DNA of 64,000 nt from a virus, in the IMG/VR virus record IMGVR_UViG_3300029922_000039; one strand, given 5' to 3'. A program made the position numbers and the translations under genes. Of the stretch, positions 44,469 through 53,312 are shown piece by piece. Position 1 is the stretch's first letter; each line of letters starts with the position of its first letter. The notes below the pieces were generated by a model. It was not told where the DNA came from, made no database searches, and saw nothing but the letters and a program-made list of their open reading frames with translations.

Positions 44469-45440
44469 ATGTCAGACCTGCTTGAGCAGGTGGCCCAGCC
44501 ACCCATCGATTTTACATCGTATACCCCTCCCGTCAAACAGAATTTTGCTTACGATGGGCGCGCCGCATCTTACTCCACTTGCCCGGACTGCGGAGGCCTA
44601 AAAGAGCAACGCTCGACCCGCTGCCGCGCCTGCAAGGAAGCTAGCCTCAAGCCTCCAGTAGATGAATCAACCTACGTGGTCGATGGAGATATCTGTCGTA
44701 AGATTCCGCTCACGAGGGGCTATTACGCAACCGTAGATGCCTGCGAATACGACCGCCTCATGTTGATGTCGTTTAGCGCCAATGCGACGACAACTCGCAA
44801 GGGGATCTACCCGGTCACCAAAGTCACAGTCAACGGAAAGCGTATGTGCATAGCCATGCACCGCTTCATAGTTGATTCCCCTGGCGAGAAAATGGGGGAT
44901 CATAGGAACGGCGATGGCCTTGATAATAGGCGCAGAAATTTGAGGCCAGCATCGGCACGGGAAAATACGCAAAATGCTAAATCGCGTTGCCACGCATGGC
45001 ATGGATATAAAGGGATTTCAGAGCGATTGTACCCCGAAGGAAAGGTGTACATTGCCATCATAACCGTCAACGGGAAACCAATGTATCTTGGTGTCTTTAA
45101 GACGCCTGAAGGCGCTGCTCTCGCTTACGACGATGCCGCGCGTAAATACTTCGGGGAATTCGCCCGACCTAATTTTCCAGACGAAACCGACACTTCATGG
45201 ATTGACAGTTCTCGCCACAAACAAAAGCGGATGCTGTCCACAAATAAGTCTGGTTATCGCGGGGTGTCGTTAGATAAAAGCAGGAATATATATTTTGCCA
45301 CAGTCACGGAGAACGGAAAAACTAAGCAACTAGGACGTTTTGTGAATCCTATTGATGCGGCTTTAACGCGAGATAGAGAGGCGCTCCGCATTTATGGCGG
45401 TAAAGCAATCCTGAATTTTCCGGAGGTATTCAGCGCATAG
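44469..45440 (+). CDS. HNH homing endonuclease with two AP2 DNA-binding domains (free-standing mobile gene)
   Basis: 323 aa. HRFIV..GDHRNGDGLDNRRRNLRPASARENTQN is an HNH motif. The two AP2-like repeats are YKGISE...YLGVFKTPEGAALAYDDAARKYFGEFARPNFP and YRGVSL...LGRFVNPIDAALTRDREALRIYGGKAILNFP. Opposite strand to and more AT-rich than its neighbours. Confidence 0.85.
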   Translation: MSDLLEQVAQPPIDFTSYTPPVKQNFAYDGRAASYSTCPDCGGLKEQRSTRCRACKEASLKPPVDESTYVVDGDICRKIPLTRGYYATVDACEYDRLMLMSFSANATTTRKGIYPVTKVTVNGKRMCIAMHRFIVDSPGEKMGDHRNGDGLDNRRRNLRPASARENTQNAKSRCHAWHGYKGISERLYPEGKVYIAIITVNGKPMYLGVFKTPEGAALAYDDAARKYFGEFARPNFPDETDTSWIDSSRHKQKRMLSTNKSGYRGVSLDKSRNIYFATVTENGKTKQLGRFVNPIDAALTRDREALRIYGGKAILNFPEVFSA

Positions 45441-46122
45441 TAGTTGGCGAAACTCGCTGACTTGATCCATATCCCGACGTGAAGATTAGAGGGTCACGAA
45501 GGTCTTGGATGGACGACATCCGCTTTGCAATCTGCATATATTGGTCGAGCAATTTCAGCCCGTTCTGAAACTCGCCACCTAATTCCTTGATCGTCGCATA
45601 ATGGGCAGCGTACAGTTCTAGCGCCACAAAAAACTCATCAGAGAAAACAACCGTCTCTGCTCCCGTATACGGCCACACGTCAGTCGCCGGATACTGGATC
45701 GCCGTCACGTTGACCGTCTGCGGGTAGGCCGGCGCCGGATGGACGACAAAAAGATTCATACCTATCGGCGCCCACCGTTGCGCCACCACATCCACGTCCT
45801 GCGTCCAGTTCGGACCCCAGCTCGTGCATAGGTAATCCAGATCCCACAAGTTCACCTTGTATAAAGGGCTTCCCGAGCCCTGAATATCCGTGATCGCGAA
45901 GTAGCCCTTCGGGACCGCCTGCCATACCGTGTTGGCCGTCAGCGTAAGGGGGATGTTGACGATCTGCGTTGGGCGTCCGACAAGCAGGAGGAGGTCGTTC
46001 TGAGCCTCGACCAAGGCCGTATACACCTCGAATTGCCTACTCCACCACGCCCCCGCGCTACCCGGTACTTCTTCGAGTCTCTGCTGGACCACATTCGCGA
46101 GGGTGGAGATTGGCGTCGGCAT
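45430..46122 (-). CDS. virion structural protein (230 aa)
   Basis: Track ORF in the head-tail joining region. Function unassigned. Confidence 0.55.
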   Translation of the reverse strand: MPTPISTLANVVQQRLEEVPGSAGAWWSRQFEVYTALVEAQNDLLLLVGRPTQIVNIPLTLTANTVWQAVPKGYFAITDIQGSGSPLYKVNLWDLDYLCTSWGPNWTQDVDVVAQRWAPIGMNLFVVHPAPAYPQTVNVTAIQYPATDVWPYTGAETVVFSDEFFVALELYAAHYATIKELGGEFQNGLKLLDQYMQIAKRMSSIQDLRDPLIFTSGYGSSQRVSPTTMR

Positions 46123-46125
46123 GGC

Positions 46126-46725
46126 TTAAATCTGGCTAAACCTCGATACTACCGTGTCGGCGGCCGTACCCACCATCCAGAACTGCGCGGTCTGGTAAGG
46201 CTGGCTCAGTCCCATTGCCGTGGCATCGAAGGCGTAGGTAGGCCCTGCGCCAGCGGCAACAATGGGAAGCACGTCCAGAACGGAAGGATCTCCAGCCGCA
46301 ACGGTCGATGCAGAGCCAATGTAGACGGCGGCAGTCGTCACCACGGGCCGGATGTGAACAGAGCCAGCATCCTCATTGAGTACAAAGAACTCGCCGGAGG
46401 CGTGCCCGTAGTGCATCCCCTGAACAACCATGTGTGTGGCGTCCGTGATCGACTTGATCGTCACATTGCACACGAGGGCCATCTGCGCGGCGGTGGACAG
46501 GCCAGGGTTGAACGAGTTACCTGGGCCAATCTGCGCACGATCACCAGCGATGAACCCCTTGGTCGAGGTCACAGTGACGGTCACCTGAGTCTGGTTGCTC
46601 GCCGGACCATTGTTGCCGCTGAACTGGTCAGGCAAGGGAACGACAGCCGCGCTAAGGGTCGTACCGAACACGGGTTGCGCAGATCCAGACAGCGCGGTCA
46701 CGCCAAAAAAAGCTCTCAATCCCAT
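46126..46725 (-). CDS. virion structural protein (199 aa)
   Basis: Track ORF trimmed to ATG 46725 (MGLRAFFG...), preceded by GAGGAA. Confidence 0.55.
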   Translation of the reverse strand: MGLRAFFGVTALSGSAQPVFGTTLSAAVVPLPDQFSGNNGPASNQTQVTVTVTSTKGFIAGDRAQIGPGNSFNPGLSTAAQMALVCNVTIKSITDATHMVVQGMHYGHASGEFFVLNEDAGSVHIRPVVTTAAVYIGSASTVAAGDPSVLDVLPIVAAGAGPTYAFDATAMGLSQPYQTAQFWMVGTAADTVVSRFSQI

Positions 46726-46727
46726 GA

Positions 46728-47105
46728 CTATTCCTCGTTCTTCCTGTGTCCGGTAACCGGATGATTGTGGTGGTGACCATACGGGAGAGACGGCGCACAG
46801 CACCCGTTGCCGGGGGCATTGGTGGGGGCATTCGGATCAACACGGCGCTTGTTGCTCGAACATGCTCCGATGTCGCCCATGGACCTGCGGACGTTGTGCA
46901 TGATCGAGTTGGGCTTCTCGACGAACTTGCCCGTCCCGCCCCAATCGTTCTTCACGTCAGGGTCGTACTCTTCGTGGACGCCCAACTGTGAGCGGTCAAC
47001 AAAGAAGTCCCCCGTAGCCGCGTGGCTATTGGAAGACATAGTGCCGACACCGGCGTCCTTCCGACGGAACAGTTTGCCGAGAACGTTGTCGCTTGGATCG
47101 GTCAT
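46728..47105 (-). CDS. hypothetical protein (125 aa)
   Basis: Track ORF. Confidence 0.5.
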   Translation of the reverse strand: MTDPSDNVLGKLFRRKDAGVGTMSSNSHAATGDFFVDRSQLGVHEEYDPDVKNDWGGTGKFVEKPNSIMHNVRRSMGDIGACSSNKRRVDPNAPTNAPGNGCCAPSLPYGHHHNHPVTGHRKNEE

Positions 47106-47106
47106 G

Positions 47107-47274
47107 CTACTTCCTCCCCGCGCTGCGCTTGACTCCGCGGCGCGCCTTGCGCTTCTTGGCCTTGCGCTTCACAACCTTCCGCTTCGTGGCCAGCCGGGCC
47201 GCCTTCTTCAAGAAACGCGGCGAATGGCTACGCGCTTCATCCTGGGGCGTCTCTCTCGACTCTTCCTTTGCCAT
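47107..47274 (-). CDS. highly basic small protein (55 aa)
   Basis: Below the cutoff. GGAGG lies upstream of ATG 47274. Reads MAKEESRETPQDEARSHSPRFLKKAARLATKRKVVKRKAKKRKARRGVKRSAGRK and exactly fills the gap between neighbouring genes. Confidence 0.5.
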   Translation of the reverse strand: MAKEESRETPQDEARSHSPRFLKKAARLATKRKVVKRKAKKRKARRGVKRSAGRK

Positions 47275-47276
47275 GG

Positions 47277-47621
47277 CTACCTCCGTGAAAATTTCCGTTT
47301 GTACAAATCATTGACCGTAATGGACCGTTGCTGAGGAGGGTCGTCAAAGTTCTGCGCGTCCGAGTTCAGGACCACACTTTGGAACCCCAGCCGCTTCTCG
47401 GCTGCCTCAAGTTGCCGGATGCTATCGACTTTCAGATGATTACCGAATTCGTCATTGACGTGCTGAAATTCGATCGAGAATGGGTTTACCGTCGTCTTCG
47501 GTATCCTGTCCGCAGCCATGCACCCACAGTCGAAGCCGATGAACTTCCCCTTGTTCGGCTCTTCCAACTTCAACCTTCGCCGATAAACAACCGTGTTACA
47601 GACTTCACATTCAGTCGCCAT
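47277..47621 (-). CDS. hypothetical protein (114 aa)
   Basis: Track ORF with an N-terminal CxxC...CGC. Confidence 0.5.
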   Translation of the reverse strand: MATECEVCNTVVYRRRLKLEEPNKGKFIGFDCGCMAADRIPKTTVNPFSIEFQHVNDEFGNHLKVDSIRQLEAAEKRLGFQSVVLNSDAQNFDDPPQQRSITVNDLYKRKFSRR

Positions 47622-47630
47622 GATCGAAGT

Positions 47631-48605
47631 TTACCACCCATCTCCCCAAGAATCACCAGACATTACAGCATGAACGGCGTCAGAAAAAGCTCCGCCTACG
47701 CCGCCTTCAGGGTAGTCTTCTCCGTGGATAGTCGCGCTCGTCCGGTACAAGTTCTCGTCCTCGTTGGCCATCTCGGTCAACAGACCAACGTATTCCTGAT
47801 GAAACGTGTTCGCCAGCGAGAGCGCCGTCTGCGGGTCGTAGCCAGGATTATCCTTCGGCTTGTACCGCAGAGCCCACGCCATCGCCTCCTTGATCACCAC
47901 GTCGCAGCGGATATAGGGCGGCAGGCTGTCGTTATCCAAAACGAGATTCGCGGGCTGGCAGTACGCCATGAATGGCATCGCCTGTTGGGTCCACGGGGCG
48001 GGCCACATTTCTATCAGGTAGTTTCCGTTTGGATCTGCTGGAAGCGGCGCAATGCCCACCGGGAAGTTAGTCCAGATGCGCCACGGGTCCTTATTGTTGA
48101 GCCAGTCTTGTGTGAGATTGAGCTTTAGCTTGTAGACCATCTGCATGTTGACCATCGTCTTGATGTACTTGATGTTCGGTCCAATGTTGTAGTACATCGC
48201 GACAATCGTGTACCCGGCGGTCTGGGTGTTCGTGCTGGGCGGAACAGGGCCGCTCCACGGCAATTCCAATGTCAAGACCTGAGCGAATGGGTCCACGCCA
48301 ATGATCGTGTAGATGGGGCAATTCAAGCCAATGCGAAACTGACGCCCTATGAGAGTCTGGTCCCACGCTGTCCCGGTTCCCTGTACTGTCGGCGATCCAA
48401 GAGTGACCGTGGCTGTGCCGCCGGTGACGGCCTGTGGGCAAACGACTTGGCCCTTCGTGAAAAGTCCGTACCAGGTCTTGAGGGAATAGATCTGGCGCAC
48501 AATCTGATTGATCCAGCCGGGGATCTGAGATAGAGAGTTGGGGTTCCAAGCACTAACAGATCCCTGCATCTGCCCGAAATTCATCTGCTGGACAAACGGC
48601 AACAC
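47631..48605 (-). CDS. virion structural protein (324 aa)
   Basis: Track ORF. The start is uncertain (GTG 48605, or the ATG 7 codons downstream). Confidence 0.55.
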   Translation of the reverse strand: MLPFVQQMNFGQMQGSVSAWNPNSLSQIPGWINQIVRQIYSLKTWYGLFTKGQVVCPQAVTGGTATVTLGSPTVQGTGTAWDQTLIGRQFRIGLNCPIYTIIGVDPFAQVLTLELPWSGPVPPSTNTQTAGYTIVAMYYNIGPNIKYIKTMVNMQMVYKLKLNLTQDWLNNKDPWRIWTNFPVGIAPLPADPNGNYLIEMWPAPWTQQAMPFMAYCQPANLVLDNDSLPPYIRCDVVIKEAMAWALRYKPKDNPGYDPQTALSLANTFHQEYVGLLTEMANEDENLYRTSATIHGEDYPEGGVGGAFSDAVHAVMSGDSWGDGW

Positions 48606-48684
48606 GCCAACGTTGGGTTGGACTTGGGAGGGGATTACGATGGGCGGAATCGGGATAGCAGTACCCTCCGTTCTGAGTGGAGGG

Positions 48685-48715
48685 GAGGGGCGCGGTAACC
48701 GTTACCCCGCCCCTC
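48685..48715 (-). terminator. strong GC-rich hairpin after the 408-aa gene
   Basis: GAGGGGCGCGGTAAC / GTTACCCCGCCCCTC: a 15-bp stem with one mismatch and no clear U-tract. Confidence 0.4.
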
Positions 48716-48726
48716 TGTGGTGATTA

Positions 48727-49953
48727 TTACAGTCCGCTGTTGAGAAAAGACACGAACCAAGTGCAGGCGCTCAGATCAGTTCCGGGCGACACTTGCACTA
48801 CGGTAGTCGGCGTTCCAGTCACGAGCACGGCGCTGACGCCAGAGTCGGCTGCGGTCGTATATCCACCGTTCTGGCCGTTCATCTTAAAGATGGCGTTGGT
48901 CAGGCCGGTTGCGATGACAGCACTGATCGTACCGTCGCTCTTGGCACCGTTGGTCAGGCCCTGGGTAACGACGATGTTGCCGGGCTGAAGGAGATTGTTC
49001 GCGGTCAGCGTGATGACGCCCGCAGTGCCAGCGGAAGATGCCGTCGCCAGAGAGTTGGTGATGGAGACGGAAGTTCCAGTGGTAACCGGAGCATTTCCAG
49101 CCGTGACAAGTTGCCACACGTTGCCGGTATCGGCGGCGGTCGTGAAGGTGTTGCCTGTGCCGTTCCAGTTTGCGGTGAACTGCGTCGAGGACGAGGTGAG
49201 AACCTGCACCAGAACACCGTTCGCCTTCGCGCCATTGGTCAGGTTGTCGATGTAGACGAAGCTGCCGACCGGAGGGTTGAGGGTGGAGGTCATCGTCAAC
49301 AGAGCGGCAGTGCCGATCGAGTTGGTGATGGTCGCCGTCGCGCCAAGCTGAAGCTGATTCCCAACGCCAGCCTGAACGACCTGGAAGGTGCCCGTGGTAT
49401 CGGCAGCGGAACCAACGTTGGCGGCAGTTCCCAAGTTAAACGTGAACGCGGCAGAGGTCGCCGAAGCAACCCTGACGATCGTCCCATTCAATGCTCCCAA
49501 CTGCGTGAAGGACTGGAGGTAAACGAACTGGTTTGCCCTCAACGTATTGGCAACGGTGACCGTGCCAACGCCCGCGGCAACTGCGCTGAGAGTCGAGTTA
49601 GCAGAAACAGCACTCAGCCCCAAAGGAATCGCAGGCGATGCTCCCTCCGACAACGCGACGGCCATCGTCACGGTCTGCGAAGGGGCAGGGTTTGATCCGA
49701 AAGAACCTGCCGGGAGGATGAATTCTGGCACGAACGCGGCGCCGGCCGCATTGCTTGCAATCAACTGAACCCCGTAGGTAAACTCTGCACCAAAGTTTCC
49801 GGAGACACCCGTCCCTGTCGCGAGAGCGCCAGGAATCACGTAGCCGCCAGATGGATAATCAGACGCACCAGGCTGCAACTGAAACCCAACTTCAACCTGC
49901 GAAGGGCCGGCACTCTGCTGGCAGTCTGGAATTCTCGTAAGTGTCAATGCCAT
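48727..49953 (-). CDS. structural protein with three tandem ~80-aa repeat domains (decoration or tail protein)
   Basis: 408 aa. The repeat ...LTNGAK.NG.....V......FT...NG.....TTAAD.G......VT(A)G occurs three times. Confidence 0.6.
   Translation of the reverse strand: MALTLTRIPDCQQSAGPSQVEVGFQLQPGASDYPSGGYVIPGALATGTGVSGNFGAEFTYGVQLIASNAAGAAFVPEFILPAGSFGSNPAPSQTVTMAVALSEGASPAIPLGLSAVSANSTLSAVAAGVGTVTVANTLRANQFVYLQSFTQLGALNGTIVRVASATSAAFTFNLGTAANVGSAADTTGTFQVVQAGVGNQLQLGATATITNSIGTAALLTMTSTLNPPVGSFVYIDNLTNGAKANGVLVQVLTSSSTQFTANWNGTGNTFTTAADTGNVWQLVTAGNAPVTTGTSVSITNSLATASSAGTAGVITLTANNLLQPGNIVVTQGLTNGAKSDGTISAVIATGLTNAIFKMNGQNGGYTTAADSGVSAVLVTGTPTTVVQVSPGTDLSACTWFVSFLNSGL
48814..49596 (-). repeat. 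three tandem domain repeats inside gene 48727..49953
   Basis: Approximately aa 120-196, 205-286 and 295-380. Confidence 0.6.
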
Positions 49954-50005
49954 GACGGCTCCTTGAGTCTATCCCCGCGCATCTATCCGACACGCGGGAT
50001 GAGGG

Positions 50006-50677
50006 TTAGAACGTGATGTCGCAGTCAATCAGGATGTCGGCGGTGATAGCAGCGGTTACTGCCGACTGCGCGATTGCCAAGCGGCGCGAGGTCGGGGCAG
50101 TTCCGGAGGCCACACGAGCCACCGTGAAGTTGCCTGCCGCGCCAACAATCGCATCGCCAACCGCAACCGAGGCCACAACCGCCGCAGCGGGGACAAATCC
50201 CTTGGTCGCGATAAAGCAGAAGTTTCCGTTGAGCGCCGTGGTCGAGGCCGCGCCAGTCTTGCCGAGCGAAGTGAAGTTCGGCAGAAGCCAGCCAGCCAGA
50301 GAGTTCAAGTTGCCAGTCGATGCCGGGTTGCCCTCAGAGAAGGTTCCGGTGACGGTCGTGAACGTCTCATCCGTCCAGTAGACGGGAGCCGGGTAGGCAA
50401 GCATGGCCGCGGCGGTCGTCGAGTTGTAGCGCACGTAGCGCACAACCAGAGGAGCGCCCCAGCCGTTCGAGTTGAGAGATCCACCAGGCGTCGGGTAGTA
50501 CTGGAGAGGAGAATACTCCGATGCGCCAGGCGACAACAGGAAAGCCGCGCCGATCGGGTTCAACGCCCCGTTGGGCTGGCTCTGGATGGGCGGCTGCACC
50601 GTAGCGGCTTGATAGGTATCAATCGCCGTGTACAGGTTGCCGCTCGAAATTACCGGAAATTCTGTTCCGAGTGCCAT
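50006..50677 (-). CDS. virion structural protein (223 aa)
   Basis: Track ORF immediately downstream of the capsid gene. Confidence 0.55.
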   Translation of the reverse strand: MALGTEFPVISSGNLYTAIDTYQAATVQPPIQSQPNGALNPIGAAFLLSPGASEYSPLQYYPTPGGSLNSNGWGAPLVVRYVRYNSTTAAAMLAYPAPVYWTDETFTTVTGTFSEGNPASTGNLNSLAGWLLPNFTSLGKTGAASTTALNGNFCFIATKGFVPAAAVVASVAVGDAIVGAAGNFTVARVASGTAPTSRRLAIAQSAVTAAITADILIDCDITF

Positions 50678-50732
50678 GTCAAATCCTCCGGCGCCGTTGC
50701 GCCTACTGCAAATTCTTCGTTGCCGACAGCGA

Positions 50733-51710
50733 CTATCCTGTAATTCCGGTTAATACGAACCCGAGGCGAGGTGCGCTGACCACGATGTTGCCGCCGAAGC
50801 AGAGCTGGCCGGCAGAGTCAACGGAGTTCGGAAGTTCCTTGAACCCGGTGAAACCGAAGCTGAACAGTTCGTGCTCGGAGATGTGGACGTTCATGAAGTC
50901 GGTGTTCATGCCGAACACGTATCCAGTGGGGCAATACTGATCGACCACGAGCCGCTGGTTGTTGAACCGGATCGCAGTGAAGCCGATGTTCTGCGCCTGG
51001 TCAATCATGATGTTGTCATTGACGCGCTGCGCGGGAACCAGTTTGCTGTAAAGCTGGTTGTAGATCGACTGAGTGGTGGCGATCAGGTTCGGCTGGCGAT
51101 TGCCAAAGGTGGCCTGCCCGTATGCCTTCTGGAGCCCAGTGATCGACAAGGGGCCGGCAACGTTCTGGTAGTATCCGTTGATGCCCGTCGAAGCGCCGGA
51201 GCCGATGGCCGCGCGGGGGAGGCCGCCGTAAGTCGGGTAGTTCGTGCCGTCGTCGTATCCCGCAAGCAGCCCGTCGAGGGCAATCTGCGAAGAAACGGTG
51301 CCTTGGCCGTCGTTGTAGATGTCGGTCGCGAGCGACTGGGCCAAAGCCTGAGCGCCGTTCACCATCTTCTCTTCAACGAAGGACATGACGGCATAGCTGT
51401 CGCGGTTGAGCGGCAACTGAGTGCCCTGAATGGTCACGTTGGCGTAGTAGAACTTGACCGCAAACGTCATCGCAGTGTCCGTCTGGACGTAGCTGATGTC
51501 GAAGGTCGAGCCAGGCGCAAATGGGCCAGCCTTCAGCGGCGCATACTGAATCGGCTGCTGAATGTAAAGGCCACCCGGAAAGGGCTTGACCGTATCGCCC
51601 TTGAAGATCAGAACGAAGACCGGACTAACCTTGTAATATTCGTCCACGATTTCGGGGACGATATTCGGCAGCGTTACTGCATTGATGTCGTTAATTGTCA
51701 AGCCTGCCAT
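50733..51710 (-). CDS. major capsid protein (by position)
   Basis: 325 aa. GGAGG lies 6 nt upstream of ATG 51710. It follows the scaffold-like gene and portal in the canonical order. Confidence 0.65.
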   Translation of the reverse strand: MAGLTINDINAVTLPNIVPEIVDEYYKVSPVFVLIFKGDTVKPFPGGLYIQQPIQYAPLKAGPFAPGSTFDISYVQTDTAMTFAVKFYYANVTIQGTQLPLNRDSYAVMSFVEEKMVNGAQALAQSLATDIYNDGQGTVSSQIALDGLLAGYDDGTNYPTYGGLPRAAIGSGASTGINGYYQNVAGPLSITGLQKAYGQATFGNRQPNLIATTQSIYNQLYSKLVPAQRVNDNIMIDQAQNIGFTAIRFNNQRLVVDQYCPTGYVFGMNTDFMNVHISEHELFSFGFTGFKELPNSVDSAGQLCFGGNIVVSAPRLGFVLTGITG

Positions 51711-51736
51711 CACTGGCCTCCGTTAATTTGAAATTC

Positions 51737-52444
51737 TTAGCTCGCCATTTCCTGCTGGCGTGCCATACGCTTGTCGAGCATCTCGGCGGCCTTTTGGGCA
51801 CCTGTACTCACTGCCCCATCGGCACTTCCGCGCCTCTGGAAAACTGAAATCCTGCTGTTCACCGAAGGTGCCGGTGTGGTCCCCGGAACATGCTTTCCGG
51901 ATTCTGCCGCCATGCGCTCGCGAACCTTCTGTTCGACAACCCGCTCCTGAGTCTGAGGAGCGACGTAGTCGTCATAAGCCTGGGTGATCGTGCGATATCC
52001 CCGCGCCTTGCTTTCGGGCTTTTCGAGGAACGTATTGAACTCTGTCGAGTCGAACGGCTTGCCGGTCTCCGCCGCGTGGCGGGTATAGATCCGGCTCAGT
52101 TCGTCGGCCCTCTGTGTGGCAATCTTCACAGCATTGTTGACCAGTTCGTCGCCGCGCGTCTTCACGATCTCGTTCACGCGGGTATCGACAATCTCGTTCA
52201 ACTTGCCAAGACGTGTGTCCATCATGCGCTCGATCGAACTCAGATCGAACTGGCTGGACGAATTCGGAGGCGGAGCAACCACGGTCGCCGATACTACTGG
52301 GGGCGTTACCGGAGTCTCTTCACCGTCGTAATAACTGCGCAGTTCATCGCCGCGCGCAATGCGGGTCGCCACCGTCGCATTGCCCTGAATCTTCGCAAAC
52401 TCTTCGGGACTCAAGATCCCTTTCAAATCGTCAAGCAAAGCCAT
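51737..52444 (-). CDS. scaffolding protein (by position and composition)
   Basis: 235 aa, helical and charged, between the portal and capsid genes. Confidence 0.55.
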   Translation of the reverse strand: MALLDDLKGILSPEEFAKIQGNATVATRIARGDELRSYYDGEETPVTPPVVSATVVAPPPNSSSQFDLSSIERMMDTRLGKLNEIVDTRVNEIVKTRGDELVNNAVKIATQRADELSRIYTRHAAETGKPFDSTEFNTFLEKPESKARGYRTITQAYDDYVAPQTQERVVEQKVRERMAAESGKHVPGTTPAPSVNSRISVFQRRGSADGAVSTGAQKAAEMLDKRMARQQEMAS

Positions 52445-52456
52445 GCCCTACTCCTC

Positions 52457-52849
52457 TTACGCGGAATGCGTCTCGTCTGTTTGGGTGGGGGGTTGTGCTC
52501 CCGGCGGAGGTGCGGCCGGGGGTTCTGCGGCTGGCGCAGGCGGAGGGGTCTTATCCTCGCCGGAGTCCAGGTCTTTCGGGTCTTTCTTGAGGCCCTGCAC
52601 GACAAGAACCTTGATGTCTTCCTTGATCTTGTCGATGCCGCCCTTGAGTTCTTTCTTGAGCTTGGACATCTTACTCAGGACGCGATAGACGCCCGTGAGG
52701 CCCTTCATCAACTCCTCATCAGCGTCCGGTTCGCCGCCCGGCTTGCCGCCGGGTCCACCTGGAGGCGGAGCACCTGCCGCCGGTTCGCCGCCGCCGGGCA
52801 AGTTGTCGTAGAAGTTCGGAGGAGCTGCTGTTGGGGGAGTCGCGGCCAT
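52457..52849 (-). CDS. Pro/Gly-rich head-module protein (130 aa)
   Basis: Track ORF. P/G/A-rich ends flank a K/E-rich helix. Confidence 0.5.
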   Translation of the reverse strand: MAATPPTAAPPNFYDNLPGGGEPAAGAPPPGGPGGKPGGEPDADEELMKGLTGVYRVLSKMSKLKKELKGGIDKIKEDIKVLVVQGLKKDPKDLDSGEDKTPPPAPAAEPPAAPPPGAQPPTQTDETHSA

Positions 52850-52852
52850 GGC

Positions 52853-53026
52853 TTAGGCGTTCCCCTTCACCGGGAATCCGGTCTTCACGTTCACGCTGAC
52901 GCCGCGGTCCGGCAGTGCCGAATCATTGATCGCGTGGCCGAAGGTGTGAATCGTACCCTTCTTGACGGGAATCTGCGGGATGGGAGAGCCAAATGTTTCT
53001 TCGCTCACGCGCTCATTTTTTTCCAT
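52853..53026 (-). CDS. small hypothetical protein (57 aa)
   Basis: Below the cutoff. CAGGAGAAG lies upstream of ATG 53026. Reads MEKNERVSEETFGSPIPQIPVKKGTIHTFGHAINDSALPDRGVSVNVKTGFPVKGNA. Confidence 0.45.
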   Translation of the reverse strand: MEKNERVSEETFGSPIPQIPVKKGTIHTFGHAINDSALPDRGVSVNVKTGFPVKGNA

Positions 53027-53100
53027 CGGACTTCTCCTGGTGGGTTGGGGGGCCAGTTTCCCGGCCCCGTTACTGTTGAATTGCCTGACTGCGCGAATAA

Positions 53101-53169
53101 CTACTTCGCGCGCTTGGAGCCGCGGCTGTGCTTGCGACCCTTTTTGCCACCACGATGCTTGGTACGCAT
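53101..53169 (-). CDS. 22-aa highly basic peptide
   Basis: AAGGAGGA lies 8 nt upstream of ATG 53169. Reads MRTKHRGGKKGRKHSRGSKRAK and is followed by hairpin GGGGCC/GGCCCC (53049-53068). Confidence 0.45.
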   Translation of the reverse strand: MRTKHRGGKKGRKHSRGSKRAK

Positions 53170-53312
53170 ATTGGTAGTCCTCCTTCTTTGGAAGTGAGCG
53201 GTTTTTTTAAGTGGCCTTCACCACTGTCAGGATTAGGTTTTCACCTAGTCTCGCGTTCCATCATTTACCACAAAACCAGAAAAGCAATCGATTTCGCACA
53301 AAACTTTCAGAA

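Noticed and set aside
53170-53312. The AT-rich 143-nt gap downstream of the portal gene, examined for a promoter or terminator.
   Set aside because: I found only weak hexamer matches and a 4-bp hairpin. Nothing is convincing enough to annotate, although a late promoter here remains possible.
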